A stretch of 64,000 nucleotides of DNA from Longimicrobiales bacterium. Lineage in GTDB: Bacteria > Gemmatimonadota > Gemmatimonadetes > Longimicrobiales > Gaopeijiaceae. Within the stretch, counting starts at the first letter, position 1, and each line of letters starts with the position of its first letter. Below the pieces are notes generated by a model. The model did no database searches. It saw nothing but the letters and a program-made list of their open reading frames with translations, and was not told where the DNA came from. The position numbers and the translations under genes were made by a program. Positions 9,610 to 21,465 of this stretch are shown piece by piece. Location: NCBI GenBank assembly GCA_965226375.1, contig CBDDCX010000008.1, forward strand, positions 1,568,001 through 1,632,000, read 5' to 3'.

Positions 9610-10827
9610 TCAGTGTCCTGTCGGTCCCGCGAGAGACACTTCCACGTCCGGGGCGCCCCCGATCACGAGACGCACGGCGGGGCGGTCGGCCACCTCGATC
9701 GCGCCGACGGCAGCCGCCACTGGAAATCCACTCAGGTTCGGACCCAGCGCATCGACAAACCGGTCGCGCTGACCCTGGCTGTCCCAGACGCTCACCCAAA
9801 CCAGAGCGCGCATCCCCTCGTCGTTCTCGAGGAGGAGATAGCGGTCGCCGTCCCATCCCTCCGCCGGGGCTCGAGATCCCGTGTGCGTTTCCAACAAGAT
9901 TCCGGTCTCCAGCTCACCCAGGCTGTCGTCGTAGAGCCCGCTCCACCCCGCAGGTGCCCCCAGCTCCACGGTCACCGGCAAGTCCGGCTCATCGCCCAGA
10001 AACCTCTCGGGGTGGAGAATATGCTCGGTCGACGAGGGTAGCCGCGAACCGAAGGGTGGGGGACGTCCCGGCTCCTGCTTCCAGAGAGCCTCCACGAACG
10101 ACGCTCCGCCGAGGTACGGAAAGAGAAGCGACTCCTGCAGCACCAGAGGCGCCCCGGCCAGAGCGGGCGACTCGGTCCGTGCCGCCTCGAGGGCGGGGCG
10201 CACAAGATCGGTGAAGTTGGTCATCTCGGTCAGGTCGACCGAGCCCCCTTGCAGCGCCATGAGGAACTCGAACATGACCAGGGTAGCGTGACCTTCTATG
10301 GCCGCCTGAGCCGCCACCTGTCGGTCATTCCCCAGGTCTGCATCGGTAATCGCGTCCAAATCCGTGCTCTGATCCTGGATCGCGTGAACGAGCTCGTGGA
10401 CCAGAAGTGACTCCAGGGCGTCCTCGGGCTGATCGTCCAGAACGAATAGCGTGGTGGAATCCGGATCGTAGAAGCCCGCGACCTGCTCCAGATAGAGCCC
10501 CTTGAGGACCGCCCGCAAGTCCATGTCTAGTGGCACCATCCCGAGTAGTCCATAAGACGCTGTGATGAGCTCGGCCTCGTCGGCCGGAAGTTCCTCGTCG
10601 AGTTTGGACTCCAGATAACGCTCCAACTCACTACGTGTCCGGCGCTCGAGGCGCACCGGCGCCAGAAGCTCGAGACCGGCACGATCGGCGAGATCGGGCA
10701 GGAGCCTGGCCGCAGCGCGGGCCAAAGTCGGGTCCGACGACGTGACCAGGGCGGCGCTCGGCTCCGCCTGGTCTGCGGCGCACGCGTAGCACGCCAGAAA
10801 CACGAGCATCATCATGAGTGGTTTCAT
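9610..10827 (-). CDS. Secreted/lipoprotein with HExxH zincin-like motif
   Basis: Signal peptide MKPLMMMLVFLACYAC; VAGFYDP, HELVHAIQDQ, AAIEGHA and FPYLGG motifs. Confidence 0.75.
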   Translation of the reverse strand: MKPLMMMLVFLACYACAADQAEPSAALVTSSDPTLARAAARLLPDLADRAGLELLAPVRLERRTRSELERYLESKLDEELPADEAELITASYGLLGMVPLDMDLRAVLKGLYLEQVAGFYDPDSTTLFVLDDQPEDALESLLVHELVHAIQDQSTDLDAITDADLGNDRQVAAQAAIEGHATLVMFEFLMALQGGSVDLTEMTNFTDLVRPALEAARTESPALAGAPLVLQESLLFPYLGGASFVEALWKQEPGRPPPFGSRLPSSTEHILHPERFLGDEPDLPVTVELGAPAGWSGLYDDSLGELETGILLETHTGSRAPAEGWDGDRYLLLENDEGMRALVWVSVWDSQGQRDRFVDALGPNLSGFPVAAAVGAIEVADRPAVRLVIGGAPDVEVSLAGPTGH

Positions 10828-10861
10828 CCTTGTCGCTCCACGCCCGGGTCGGGCACGCGGA

Positions 10862-11227
10862 TCACTCCCCCGCCGGAGCCCGGCCGTATCGATCGTCGAG
10901 GCGCACCACGTCGCCGAGATGAGGGGTCGAGGCCTCGAGCACATCACAATCCGTAACGGCCGTCATGCGATGGATTGTACCGGCGCGAACGTGGTAACTC
11001 TCCCCGATCTTCAAATCGATGTCCTCGAGTAGATCGGGAGAAGCGCCCGCCTCGAATCTCATTTCGCCTGAGAGCAAGTGAATGGTCTCGTCCTTTTGCT
11101 CATGGTACTGCAGGGAGAGGGCCTCGCCGGCCCTGATATGGAGAGTTTTCCCCACGTACTCTTCGGTTTCGGCCCAGATGAGCTCGTGGCCCCAGGGTTT
11201 TTCTACGCGCGTCGGAGTTCGTTTCAA
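10862..11227 (-). CDS. Cupin domain protein (mannose-6-phosphate isomerase type II C-terminal-like)
   Basis: KPWGHE, LSLQYHEQKDET, IHR and DVVRLDDRYGR motifs. Confidence 0.85.
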   Translation of the reverse strand: MKRTPTRVEKPWGHELIWAETEEYVGKTLHIRAGEALSLQYHEQKDETIHLLSGEMRFEAGASPDLLEDIDLKIGESYHVRAGTIHRMTAVTDCDVLEASTPHLGDVVRLDDRYGRAPAGE

Positions 11228-11401
11228 GGTCGGGCTCAGCCGGCTTCGGCCTCAAGGGAATGCAGCGACTCGATCTAAGGACGGCCTTCGGCAGGGACAG
11301 TGCCAAGGGCTCCGACCCTGGTCAAGGGCCCATCGGCTCGGTCCCGGCTCACGAATTGCGGTCTAAACCCGGCGGCGGCGAACGTCTCGGCAGCGACTTC
11401 G

Positions 11402-11417
11402 TGGCATGAAAGCTGCA
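11402..11417 (+). promoter_or_regulatory. Candidate sigma-54 (-24/-12) promoter upstream of the PBP1A gene
   Basis: TGGCATGAAAGCTGCA has the GG-N10-GC spacing in an intergenic region. Confidence 0.4.
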
Positions 11418-11545
11418 CTACTCGGGAGACGACATCGATGGAGGGACCCTCGTGGTCCCAGCCCGGTACTCTGTCTGCGAGCGTCGTGCATCGGGCGCGC
11501 GCACACCAGGCCGGGGCCTTCTATGAACCGACGGAGAACGGATCA

Positions 11546-13696
11546 GTGATCAAGAAGCTATGGCGACCCCGGCTATTCCTTCTCTCGGGATTCCTGCTGG
11601 TCGGGGTCGGGTCGGGAGTGGCTTGGGGATCCTGGCAGAACATCTGCTCCGACTGCCCCTCCATCGCCCAGATCCGGACCTTCGAGCCGGAGCAGACCAG
11701 CAAGCTCTACAGCCACGACGGTAGACTGCTTGCCGAAATCGGCATCGAGCGTCGCACCCCCGTCTCGATCAACGCGCTCCCGGACTACGTGCGGCAGGCC
11801 TTCGTGGCCGTGGAGGACAAGCGCTTCTACAACCACGGCGGCATCGATGTGCGGGGAATCGCCCGCGCCGTGGTCGGTGTGCTGACCGGGCAGAATCTGG
11901 GTGGAGGCAGCACCATCACGCAGCAGCTCGCCCGGAACATGTTCGACCAGATAGGCTTCGAGCGACGCATTTTCTGGAAGCTGATCGTTCGGAAGCTCAA
12001 GGAACTCCAGGTGGCCTTCGCGCTCGAGCGGGCGTATACGAAGGACCAGATCCTGGAGGCCTACATCAACGAGATCAACTACGGCCACGGCTGGTGGGGT
12101 ATCCAGACCGCGGCCCGAAACTACTTTGCCAAGAACGCCTCGGAGCTGAATCCGGCTGAGACGGCCCTCCTCGCCGCCATTCCCAACCGGCCGGCTTCGT
12201 ACAGTCCCCTGCTCCGTCCCGACAACGCGAAGCGGCGCCGGGACCTCGTACTACGTCGGATGGTCGAGCAGGGCTTTCTTCCCGCTGAAGACCTGGAGCG
12301 ATACACGTCGGCCCCCGTCCCGACCGAAAGGGCTGTGGCGGGCGGCAGCATCGCACCGTACTTCGAGGAGTGGGTCCGTCAGATTTTGGACGACCGCTTC
12401 GGGAGCAAGCTCTACACGGCCGGCCTACGGGTCTACACCACTCTGGATGTCCGCATGCAGCGGACCGCTGAAGTCTCGATGCAGGAGGGGTGGGCACGCA
12501 TCGAGGCGCGGCCCGGGTTCGAGCACCTGAGCTACGAGGCGTACCAGGATTCCGTGGCCGCAGATGTCGACATGACCGAGCTGAAATACGTCCAGGGGCT
12601 CTTCATATCGCTCGATCCCTGGACGGGCTCGGTCCGGGCCATGATCGGCGGACGAGACTTTCAGGTGTCGAAGTTCAACCGCGCCACCCAGGCGCTCCGG
12701 CAGGCGGGTTCCGGCTTCAAGCCGTTCGTCTACACCGCCGCCATCGCCGCGCGCATCCCTCCCACGTTCGTCGTGGTGGACGCGCCGGTCGTAACCATGC
12801 AGGTCGACGGTACGGAGTGGAGACCCGCGAACTTCACAGAGCGGTTCGAGGGGCCGATGACCATCCGCACGGGGCTCATGAAGTCGCAGAACATCATCGC
12901 CATCAAACTGGCCGACGAGGTGGGACTCGAGAGCGTAGCGCAGACGGCGCGGCGCATGGGCATCCGAAGTGAGATCGAGCGCTTTCCGTCGACCGCTATC
13001 GGGGCAGCCGAGGTGATCCCCCTCCAGATGGCGGAGGCGTACTCCACGTTTGCCAACCAGGGTACCAAGGTGCGTCCCTTCCCCATTCTGAGGGTGGAAG
13101 ACGCCCAGGGGCGCATCATTTGGGATCCACAGCCCGAGCGTACTCAGGTACTGGACCCGCCTGTGGCCCGCATCATGACCTCCATGCTGCAAGGCGTGGT
13201 AGACGGGGGCACCGGGAACATCGCCGTCCGTATCGTGGCGGGTCTCAACCGAGAGGTAGTCGCTGCGGGTAAGACCGGCACGACGAATGACGGGACCGAC
13301 GTTTGGTTCAACGGCTTCACCCCCAACCTGCTCGCCACCGTCTGGTTCGGGTTGGATCTGCCTCAATCTATTCGACGCGGTGGAGCCACGGGCGGCGGTG
13401 ATGCCGCTCCCGTCTGGGGAAACTTCATGCGCCGCATCTACTATGGCGACCCGGAGTCGCTCGACGAGGAGATGCGCGAGCCGGTTCTACCCATCCCGGA
13501 GCCGTGGCCGCTCCCCGATGGCCTCGTCACCCGGCTGATCGACAAGACGACGGGCAAGCTCGCGTCTCAGTGGTGCCCCCAGGGGGACCAGATCCTGGAG
13601 ATCTTCCTGCCGGGAACCGAACCTACCGAGTACTGCGACCGTGACGACTCCCGTCTCTTCCGCATTCCCTCGGATATCGGCGACAGCGGAAACTGA
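11546..13696 (+). CDS. Class A penicillin-binding protein (PBP1A family)
   Basis: Transglycosylase motifs EDKRF and GGSTITQQLARN; transpeptidase motifs SGFK, SQN and KTG. GTG start follows a GGAG RBS; N-terminal TM helix. Confidence 0.93.
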   Translation: MIKKLWRPRLFLLSGFLLVGVGSGVAWGSWQNICSDCPSIAQIRTFEPEQTSKLYSHDGRLLAEIGIERRTPVSINALPDYVRQAFVAVEDKRFYNHGGIDVRGIARAVVGVLTGQNLGGGSTITQQLARNMFDQIGFERRIFWKLIVRKLKELQVAFALERAYTKDQILEAYINEINYGHGWWGIQTAARNYFAKNASELNPAETALLAAIPNRPASYSPLLRPDNAKRRRDLVLRRMVEQGFLPAEDLERYTSAPVPTERAVAGGSIAPYFEEWVRQILDDRFGSKLYTAGLRVYTTLDVRMQRTAEVSMQEGWARIEARPGFEHLSYEAYQDSVAADVDMTELKYVQGLFISLDPWTGSVRAMIGGRDFQVSKFNRATQALRQAGSGFKPFVYTAAIAARIPPTFVVVDAPVVTMQVDGTEWRPANFTERFEGPMTIRTGLMKSQNIIAIKLADEVGLESVAQTARRMGIRSEIERFPSTAIGAAEVIPLQMAEAYSTFANQGTKVRPFPILRVEDAQGRIIWDPQPERTQVLDPPVARIMTSMLQGVVDGGTGNIAVRIVAGLNREVVAAGKTGTTNDGTDVWFNGFTPNLLATVWFGLDLPQSIRRGGATGGGDAAPVWGNFMRRIYYGDPESLDEEMREPVLPIPEPWPLPDGLVTRLIDKTTGKLASQWCPQGDQILEIFLPGTEPTEYCDRDDSRLFRIPSDIGDSGN

Positions 13697-13702
13697 ATGG
13701 CA

Positions 13703-13717
13703 GGGGCCGACGGCCCC
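13703..13717. terminator. Short GC hairpin between convergent genes
   Basis: GGGGCC-GAC-GGCCCC between the PBP1A and YtxH stops; no U-tract. Confidence 0.3.
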
Positions 13718-13733
13718 GACCTGAAGGACCTCG

Positions 13734-13982
13734 CTACCTGGTCTCGAACTTCTTTCGTGCACCTCGCACCGCGTCGTCCACCCTGGACTTCACGTCTTCC
13801 GCGAAGTCGTCCATCTGATCCGTCGCGGTCTCCCTGATCTCGCCGGCGACCCGACGAATCCTGCGACGGGTACGGTTCCCCGCCTCGGGAGCCGTGAGGA
13901 GGGCGATGCCCGCGCCGACGACGGCCCCCAGCAGAAACCCCGACACGAAGTTGATGGCGTTGGCGTCTTGATCGTATTGCAT
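13734..13982 (-). CDS. YtxH domain-containing protein
   Basis: FVSGFLLGAVVGAGIALLTAPEAGNRTRRRI followed by a charged helix. Confidence 0.88.
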   Translation of the reverse strand: MQYDQDANAINFVSGFLLGAVVGAGIALLTAPEAGNRTRRRIRRVAGEIRETATDQMDDFAEDVKSRVDDAVRGARKKFETR

Positions 13983-14151
13983 CGTCCACTCCTGGAATTC
14001 AGTCCACTTGGCCAGTCGTCGTCCGGACGGCGGCGCCCCCCCACCACGGGTTGTTCCCCGGCACCGGAATGGGTCGGCCCGGCCCAATTCGGGTGTATAT
14101 TGAGCGCCGGACCGATGTACCTAATCTATCCCAACCCTTCGTAAGGGGGAT

Positions 14152-14577
14152 ATGCGCGTCCTGGGAATCGATTTCGGCGAACGAAGGGTGGGTGTCGCGA
14201 TCAGCGACCCGACGGGGGTGATCGCCCAACCACTCCCCACTCTCCAACGGCGTAGGGGCAAACGTATGCCCCTACGGGCTCTCGAAGAACTCGTAGAAGA
14301 GTACGGAGTCGAGGCCATCGTCGTGGGTCTGCCGCTGGCCCCCTCGGGCCACGACACGGACTGGACGCGTGAGGTGAGGGATACGGCAGAGAAGCTGCAC
14401 GAGCGGTCGGGCCTGCCGGTCCATCTGGTGGACGAGCGGTTCACATCAGTCCGCGCCGAGCGGGCAGTCCGGAGCATCGGCCTCCCGAAAAAGAAGAAGG
14501 AAGAAAAAGGCCGGATAGACGCCGCCGCCGCCGTGCTGATCCTCCAGAGCTGGCTCGATAGAGCGGGACGCTCATGA
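14152..14577 (+). CDS. ruvX: RuvX / YqgF family nuclease
   Basis: LGIDFGERRVGVAISD, VVGLP, DERFTS and IDAAAAVLILQ motifs. Confidence 0.95.
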   Translation: MRVLGIDFGERRVGVAISDPTGVIAQPLPTLQRRRGKRMPLRALEELVEEYGVEAIVVGLPLAPSGHDTDWTREVRDTAEKLHERSGLPVHLVDERFTSVRAERAVRSIGLPKKKKEEKGRIDAAAAVLILQSWLDRAGRS

Positions 14578-15584
14578 CACCGTCCGTGTTCCGGAAATCC
14601 GCCCAGTTCGGCGTGCACGCGCTTCTGGTGACCTCCGTCCTTTCCGGCTGTGGTGCCGATGAGCCGAACGAACCGGTACGCATCACCGTGCCGGCCGGTG
14701 TGACGTTCGCGACCGTCCTGGACACGCTCGTGGAGCGTGGCATCGTGCGCGGACCTCGCCGATTCGGACTCTACGCCCGACTGAAGGGCGCCGATCGTCA
14801 GATTCGTTCCGGGGACTACGATCTGACACCGGGCGGTTCTTGGGGGCAGATCCTGGAGACCCTCACGACCGGTCGGGTAAGCACGGAAGTGATCACGATC
14901 CCCGAAGGGTTCACGCTGGCCGACATGGTCGCTCGGATCGCCGGGGTGACGGAGGAGACTCCGGAGAGCGTCGCAGCACGCCTGGCCGATGCGACGGCCC
15001 ATGAACGCTGGGGAGTGCCCGGTCCCGGGCTCGAAGGCTACCTCTTCCCGGACACCTACCGCTTCGCGAGGGGAGTCGATCTCGACGTCATCGTAGGAGC
15101 CATGGTCGGGCAGTACCACTCTGCCTGGACTCCAGAACGGATGTCCAGACTCGACGAGCTCGAGATGAGCGAAACGGAGATCGTGACCCTGGCCTCCATC
15201 ATCCAGGCTGAAGCGCGGCAGGTCGGGGAGATGCCCACCATCTCGGCGGTATATCACAACCGCCTTAGGCTAGGGTATCTCCTCCAGGCAGATCCGACCG
15301 TGTTGTATGCCCTGGGAGGTCGGCGCGAACGCCTGCTGTTCGCAGCCATCGACTCCGTCGCGGACCATCCCTACAACACCTACACTCAGCGGGGCCTACC
15401 CCCAGGACCCATCGGGGCGCCTGGCGACGCGGCGCTACAGGCCGCGCTCTATCCCTCCGACGACGGGTACCTCTACTTCGTAGCGCGCCCGGACGGCAGC
15501 CACCTGTTCACGAACAGCCTCGAGGAACACAACCGGGCAAGGGGCGTCGCTCGCAGAGAGTGGGACGCGTCGAATCGTCCATAG
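14574..15584 (+). CDS. mltG: Endolytic transglycosylase MltG
   Basis: LEGYLFPDTY, LASII, LQADPT and PYNTY...GLPPGPI motifs. Confidence 0.94.
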   Translation: MTPSVFRKSAQFGVHALLVTSVLSGCGADEPNEPVRITVPAGVTFATVLDTLVERGIVRGPRRFGLYARLKGADRQIRSGDYDLTPGGSWGQILETLTTGRVSTEVITIPEGFTLADMVARIAGVTEETPESVAARLADATAHERWGVPGPGLEGYLFPDTYRFARGVDLDVIVGAMVGQYHSAWTPERMSRLDELEMSETEIVTLASIIQAEARQVGEMPTISAVYHNRLRLGYLLQADPTVLYALGGRRERLLFAAIDSVADHPYNTYTQRGLPPGPIGAPGDAALQAALYPSDDGYLYFVARPDGSHLFTNSLEEHNRARGVARREWDASNRP

Positions 15585-16225
15585 TGAACCGGTCCGAACT
15601 TCGTAGACGGCTGCGTCTGGTTGTGATCACGGACGAAGCTTTGGCCGAACCGCTCGGGGTCGACCACGTGATCAGACAAGCGTTGGCAGCGGGAGCACCC
15701 GCGATACAGCTGAGGGCCAAGGACGCCAGCGCGCGCGCGCTCACGGCCACGGCCCGGCGGCTCCTTCCCATGGTGCGCGAGGCAGGAGCCCTCTTCTTCG
15801 TGAACGATCGGCTCGACGTGGCCCTGGCCACCGGAGCCGACGGGGTCCATCTCGGGCCCGACGACCTTCCGGTCGGGGATGTCCGGTCTGCCGCTCCTGC
15901 GGACTTTATCGTGGGTTACTCGACCGACGATCCCGAAGAGGCCGCGAGGGCCGAAGGCGAAGGTGCCGACTATCTCGGCTCGGGCACCGTATATCCGACC
16001 GCCCACAAGTCCGATCCGGGCGCGGTAATCGGCCCTCCGGGCCTACAGCGCGTCGTGGCGGCCGTATCAATCCCGGTCGTGGGAATCGGCGGCATCACAC
16101 CGGACAATGCGGACGCCGTGGCGGGAGTCGGGGCCGACGGAATCGCGGTGATCGGGGCCGTCATGAGCGCCCCCGACCCGGGAGAGGCTGTACGGAGACT
16201 CCTGAAGGCGTTCGGGACGCCCTGA
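15584..16225 (+). CDS. thiE: Thiamine-phosphate synthase
   Basis: IQLRAK, VNDRLDVALA, GVHLGPDD and IGGI motifs. Confidence 0.93.
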   Translation: MNRSELRRRLRLVVITDEALAEPLGVDHVIRQALAAGAPAIQLRAKDASARALTATARRLLPMVREAGALFFVNDRLDVALATGADGVHLGPDDLPVGDVRSAAPADFIVGYSTDDPEEAARAEGEGADYLGSGTVYPTAHKSDPGAVIGPPGLQRVVAAVSIPVVGIGGITPDNADAVAGVGADGIAVIGAVMSAPDPGEAVRRLLKAFGTP

Positions 16226-16263
16226 ACCCGCACGGGGCCACGCCCCGGGCATCCCCCCTCCCC

Positions 16264-17082
16264 CTACATCCCCCCCGCTTCCAACAGCTTGGCCACTTCG
16301 TCTTCCGTAACGAAGAAGTCCCCCAGCGACGCGCCACTGTCGGGCGTATGCCAGTCCGACCCACCGGTCATCAATAGGTCAGATGCCCTGGCCGCCTGCT
16401 CGAGTGCCAGAATCTGATCGGGCCGCGACCGCGGCCGATAGACCTCCAGGCCACGGAGTCCAGCCTGAACCAGATCAGGCAGCACCCGAGAGCGGCCGGC
16501 AAGCGGCGGATGAGCCCAAACTGGAATCCCCCCGGAGTCCAGGATGACCTGAATGGCTTCGGCAGGGGTCGACAACCGCGTCGGGACGTGAGCCGGGTGC
16601 CCATCGCCGATCAGGCGATCGAAGGCATCGGGTGTCGAAGATGCATATCCCTTGGCCACGAGCACCCGGGCCAGGTGAGGGCGGGCGATGGCAGAGCGAT
16701 CCGGCCCCGCCTCTTCCAGGACGTCGTCATACTCGATCAGAAGGCCCTGCCGGCGCAGGCGGTCGACCATCTCCATCATCCGCCGCTCGCGCCCCTCGAG
16801 CGCCATCCGCTCGTGACCCTTGAGCGCTGTTGCGTCCGGATCCACGAAGTATCCCAGGATGTGGTATTCCGAGTCCTGGAGGGTGCTGCTCATTTCCACA
16901 CCCGGAATGACGTGTACGCTGTGGCCGGCCGCCTCCTCGATGGCCTTGGGTAGCCCCGCCACCGTGTCGTGGTCCGTGATCGAGATCACGTCCAGGCCCG
17001 CCCGGCCGGCAAGCGAGACCACCTCCTTCGGGTCACACGCTCCGTCGGACGCCGACGTATGTACGTGAAGATCCAGCTTCAT
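16264..17082 (-). CDS. PHP domain-containing phosphoesterase
   Basis: DLHVHTSASDG, ITDHD, GVE, AHP and GGSDWH motifs. Confidence 0.92.
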   Translation of the reverse strand: MKLDLHVHTSASDGACDPKEVVSLAGRAGLDVISITDHDTVAGLPKAIEEAAGHSVHVIPGVEMSSTLQDSEYHILGYFVDPDATALKGHERMALEGRERRMMEMVDRLRRQGLLIEYDDVLEEAGPDRSAIARPHLARVLVAKGYASSTPDAFDRLIGDGHPAHVPTRLSTPAEAIQVILDSGGIPVWAHPPLAGRSRVLPDLVQAGLRGLEVYRPRSRPDQILALEQAARASDLLMTGGSDWHTPDSGASLGDFFVTEDEVAKLLEAGGM

Positions 17083-17098
17083 ACGTCACCACGGAGCG

Positions 17099-17430
17099 TC
17101 AGGCTTCGCCCCCCATCTCCTCGAAGATGGCGTCCACATCGACCCGTGCGCCCGAGGGCAGATCCTCCGGGGGTTCCGAGCCGGCATATTCCGTGAGGAT
17201 GGTCAGCTCGCGACCCTCCACCTTCAGCACGCCTCCCGCCACGTAGAAGCGCTCGCTCCCACCGGAAGGCAGATCGATGGACAGCTCTCCCGAGCCGAGC
17301 AGCGCGATCATCGGAGCGTGTCCGGGGAGCACCCCCACCTTTCCGTCCCAGGCCGGTGCAACCACCGAAGCGGCCGCGCCCTCGAACAAAAGCTCCTCGG
17401 GGGAGACGACCCGAACGTTGAGTTCGGCCA

Positions 17431-17431
<1 letters not shown>
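17099..17431 (-). CDS. atpC: F1Fo ATP synthase epsilon subunit
   Basis: VVSPE and GVLPGHAPM motifs; position in the atp operon. Confidence 0.9.
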
Positions 17432-18891
<1,460 letters not shown>

Positions 18892-19752
18892 CTACTCGAG
18901 GGCGGCGGCGCCACCCACGATCTCGGCGATCTCCTGAGTGGTTTTGCCCTGACGGGCCCTGTTGTATGTGCGTGTGAGGTGCTCGAGCACGTCACCGGCG
19001 TTGTCGGTTGCACTCTTCATGGCCGTTCGCCGAGCACCCTGCTCTGCGGCGGCGTTCTCCACCAACGCGCGGTACGTGGCGTTACGGACGTATGCTGGAA
19101 GCAGCCGCTGAAGAAGGAGCTCGGCCTTCGGGCTGAGGAGGTAATTGTCCAACGATGCGGACCCGGCCGTTGGGCGAATCGGCAATAGCTCCTTCACCCC
19201 GGGCGGGGTCGACAGCGCCGACCGGAATTTGGAGCTGACCAGGTGGACCGCGTCGACGCGGCCCGCCGCAAAATCGTCTCGTACTCCGGCGATCACCGAC
19301 TCCGCGTCATCCATCGACGGGCTGTCGCTGATGTCGACGTTGCTCGACGCGATCTCACGCCCTCGGAAACGGAAGTAGGCGATCCCCTTCTTGCCCACGA
19401 TGTGGAGGTCCGTCTCGACCCCTTCGCCCTCGAGGCGCTCCAGGAGAAGTCGCGTTTCCTTGATCAGGTTGGCGTTGAAGCCACCCGCCAGCCCGCGGTT
19501 GGCGGTCATGAGAAGCACCGCGGCTCGCCTTATGCGTTCCGGGCTACGAAGGAGTGGAAAGTGCTCGGCCAGTTCGGGTGCGTACAGGCTTGCGACCACT
19601 TCCGCCAACGCGTCGGCGTACGGCACGGCCGCCCGGACCCGATCCGTGGCCTTCTTGAGCTTGGACGTGGCCACCAACTCCATCGTCCGCGTGATCTGTC
19701 GGGTATTCTCTACCGACTTGATCCGCCTTTTGACGTCGCTATCACCTGCCAT
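18892..19752 (-). CDS. atpG: F1Fo ATP synthase gamma subunit
   Basis: ITRTMELVATSK, RGLAGGFN and AMKSATDNA...YNRARQ motifs. Confidence 0.96.
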   Translation of the reverse strand: MAGDSDVKRRIKSVENTRQITRTMELVATSKLKKATDRVRAAVPYADALAEVVASLYAPELAEHFPLLRSPERIRRAAVLLMTANRGLAGGFNANLIKETRLLLERLEGEGVETDLHIVGKKGIAYFRFRGREIASSNVDISDSPSMDDAESVIAGVRDDFAAGRVDAVHLVSSKFRSALSTPPGVKELLPIRPTAGSASLDNYLLSPKAELLLQRLLPAYVRNATYRALVENAAAEQGARRTAMKSATDNAGDVLEHLTRTYNRARQGKTTQEIAEIVGGAAALE

Positions 19753-19782
19753 CGGCTAGCTCCCCTCGCCCTCTCGGCCGGC

Positions 19783-21414
19783 TCAGGCCGACGCTCCGGC
19801 GGTTGGTGCCCCGGTGGTTGGTGCCCCGGTGGGTGCCCCGGTGGTCGCTGTCTCGTCCGCCGGCGCCTCCGCGTCCATCTCTGCCGCGAACACCTTGTTG
19901 TACTCGGCGATGGCGGCCACCAGCTTCTCGGTAATCTCTGATGTGAGCTCCTGTTCCTCCCTGATTCCCTTGAGGACGTCGCCCTCATGGGTGGAGAGGA
20001 ACTCATGGAAGCCACGCTCCCAACGCTTGAGGTGACGGACCTCGACGTCGTCGACGTGACCCTGAGTGACGGCGAAGATGACGCACACCTGATTCTCCAC
20101 CGCCATGGGCTGGTACTGTCCCTGCTTGAGCATCTCGACGGTGCGCTCACCACGCGCCAACTGGCGCTGCGTGGTGGCGTCGAGGTCGGAGCCGAACTGT
20201 GCGAAGGCCTCGAGCTCACGGTACTGGGCCAGGTCGAGGCGGAGCCGTCCGGCAACCTTTTTCATGGCCTTGATCTGAGCGGCACCCCCGACGCGTGATA
20301 CCGAGATGCCCACGTTCACGGCCGGCCGTACACCCGAGTAGAACAGATTCGGCTCCAGGTAGATCTGGCCGTCGGTAATGGAGATCACGTTCGTGGGGAT
20401 GTACGCCGACACGTCGCCAGCCTGAGTCTCGATGATGGGAAGGGCCGTCATCGACCCGCCACCCTGATCGTCTGACAGCTTGGCTGCCCTCTCGAGAAGC
20501 CTGGAGTGCAGGTAGAAGACGTCTCCCGGAAAGGCCTCGCGGCCCGGAGGCCGCCGGAGGACCAGCGAGAGCTGCCGGTACGCCGTGGCCTGTTTGGAGA
20601 GGTCGTCGAAGACCACCAGGGTGTGCTTGCCCTGCCACATGAAGTGCTCGGCGATGGCACAAGCCGAGTAAGGCGCGATGTACTGCATGGGCGCCGGGTC
20701 AGAGGCATTGGACGCCACGACGATCGTGTAGTCCATCGCCCCGTGCTCTCGAAGCGTCTCGACCACGCCGGCCACTTTACTCGCGCGCTGCCCGATGGCG
20801 CAGTAGACGCAGATGACGTCGGTGTCCTTCTGGTTGATGATCGTGTCGAGGGCGATGGCCGTCTTTCCGGTCCCGCGGTCCCCGATGATCAGCTCGCGCT
20901 GGCCCCGTCCGATCGGAATCATGGAGTCGATGGCCTTGAGTCCCGTCTGGAGGGGCTCACCGACCGGCTGGCGCATGACGATGCCCGGAGCCACGACGTC
21001 GATGTGACGTCGGTCCTGGGACTCGATCGGGCCCTTGCCGTCGATCGCGGTGCCTAGAGCGTCCACTACTCGCCCGACATATGCCTCACCGACAGGAATG
21101 TCCAGCACCCGGCCGGTCCGGCGCACCTGATCACCCTCATGGAGACTCGTCCAGTCTCCCATGATGACCGCACCGATGTTGTCCTCTTCGAGGTTGAGCG
21201 CCAAAGCCGTCACGGCCTCGTCGCTGTCAGCCGGCGTGATCTCCAGCATCTCGCTGGCCATCGCCTTGGTGAGCCCGTAGATGCGTGCGATCCCGTCCTT
21301 TACCTCGAGAACCTCGCCCACTTCTTCGGCCTCTAGCCGCTCCCCGTAATTCTCGATTTCCGAAAGGAGGACGCCCTTGATCTCACTCGCGCGAAGTCCC
21401 GAATCGTTAGCCAT
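19783..21414 (-). CDS. atpA: F1Fo ATP synthase alpha subunit
   Basis: GDRGTGKT and [22 protein letters not shown] motifs. Confidence 0.98.
   Translation of the reverse strand: MANDSGLRASEIKGVLLSEIENYGERLEAEEVGEVLEVKDGIARIYGLTKAMASEMLEITPADSDEAVTALALNLEEDNIGAVIMGDWTSLHEGDQVRRTGRVLDIPVGEAYVGRVVDALGTAIDGKGPIESQDRRHIDVVAPGIVMRQPVGEPLQTGLKAIDSMIPIGRGQRELIIGDRGTGKTAIALDTIINQKDTDVICVYCAIGQRASKVAGVVETLREHGAMDYTIVVASNASDPAPMQYIAPYSACAIAEHFMWQGKHTLVVFDDLSKQATAYRQLSLVLRRPPGREAFPGDVFYLHSRLLERAAKLSDDQGGGSMTALPIIETQAGDVSAYIPTNVISITDGQIYLEPNLFYSGVRPAVNVGISVSRVGGAAQIKAMKKVAGRLRLDLAQYRELEAFAQFGSDLDATTQRQLARGERTVEMLKQGQYQPMAVENQVCVIFAVTQGHVDDVEVRHLKRWERGFHEFLSTHEGDVLKGIREEQELTSEITEKLVAAIAEYNKVFAAEMDAEAPADETATTGAPTGAPTTGAPTAGASA
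19801..19845. repeat. Short tandem repeat in the atpA 3' end (TTGAP/TGAP units)
   Basis: ggtgccccggt occurs three times with 15 and 12 bp periods. Confidence 0.8.
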
Positions 21415-21465
21415 TGCCTAGAAGCCCTTTGAGAAAGCCGGCTCGGGCCGGCCCGATTGTATCCG

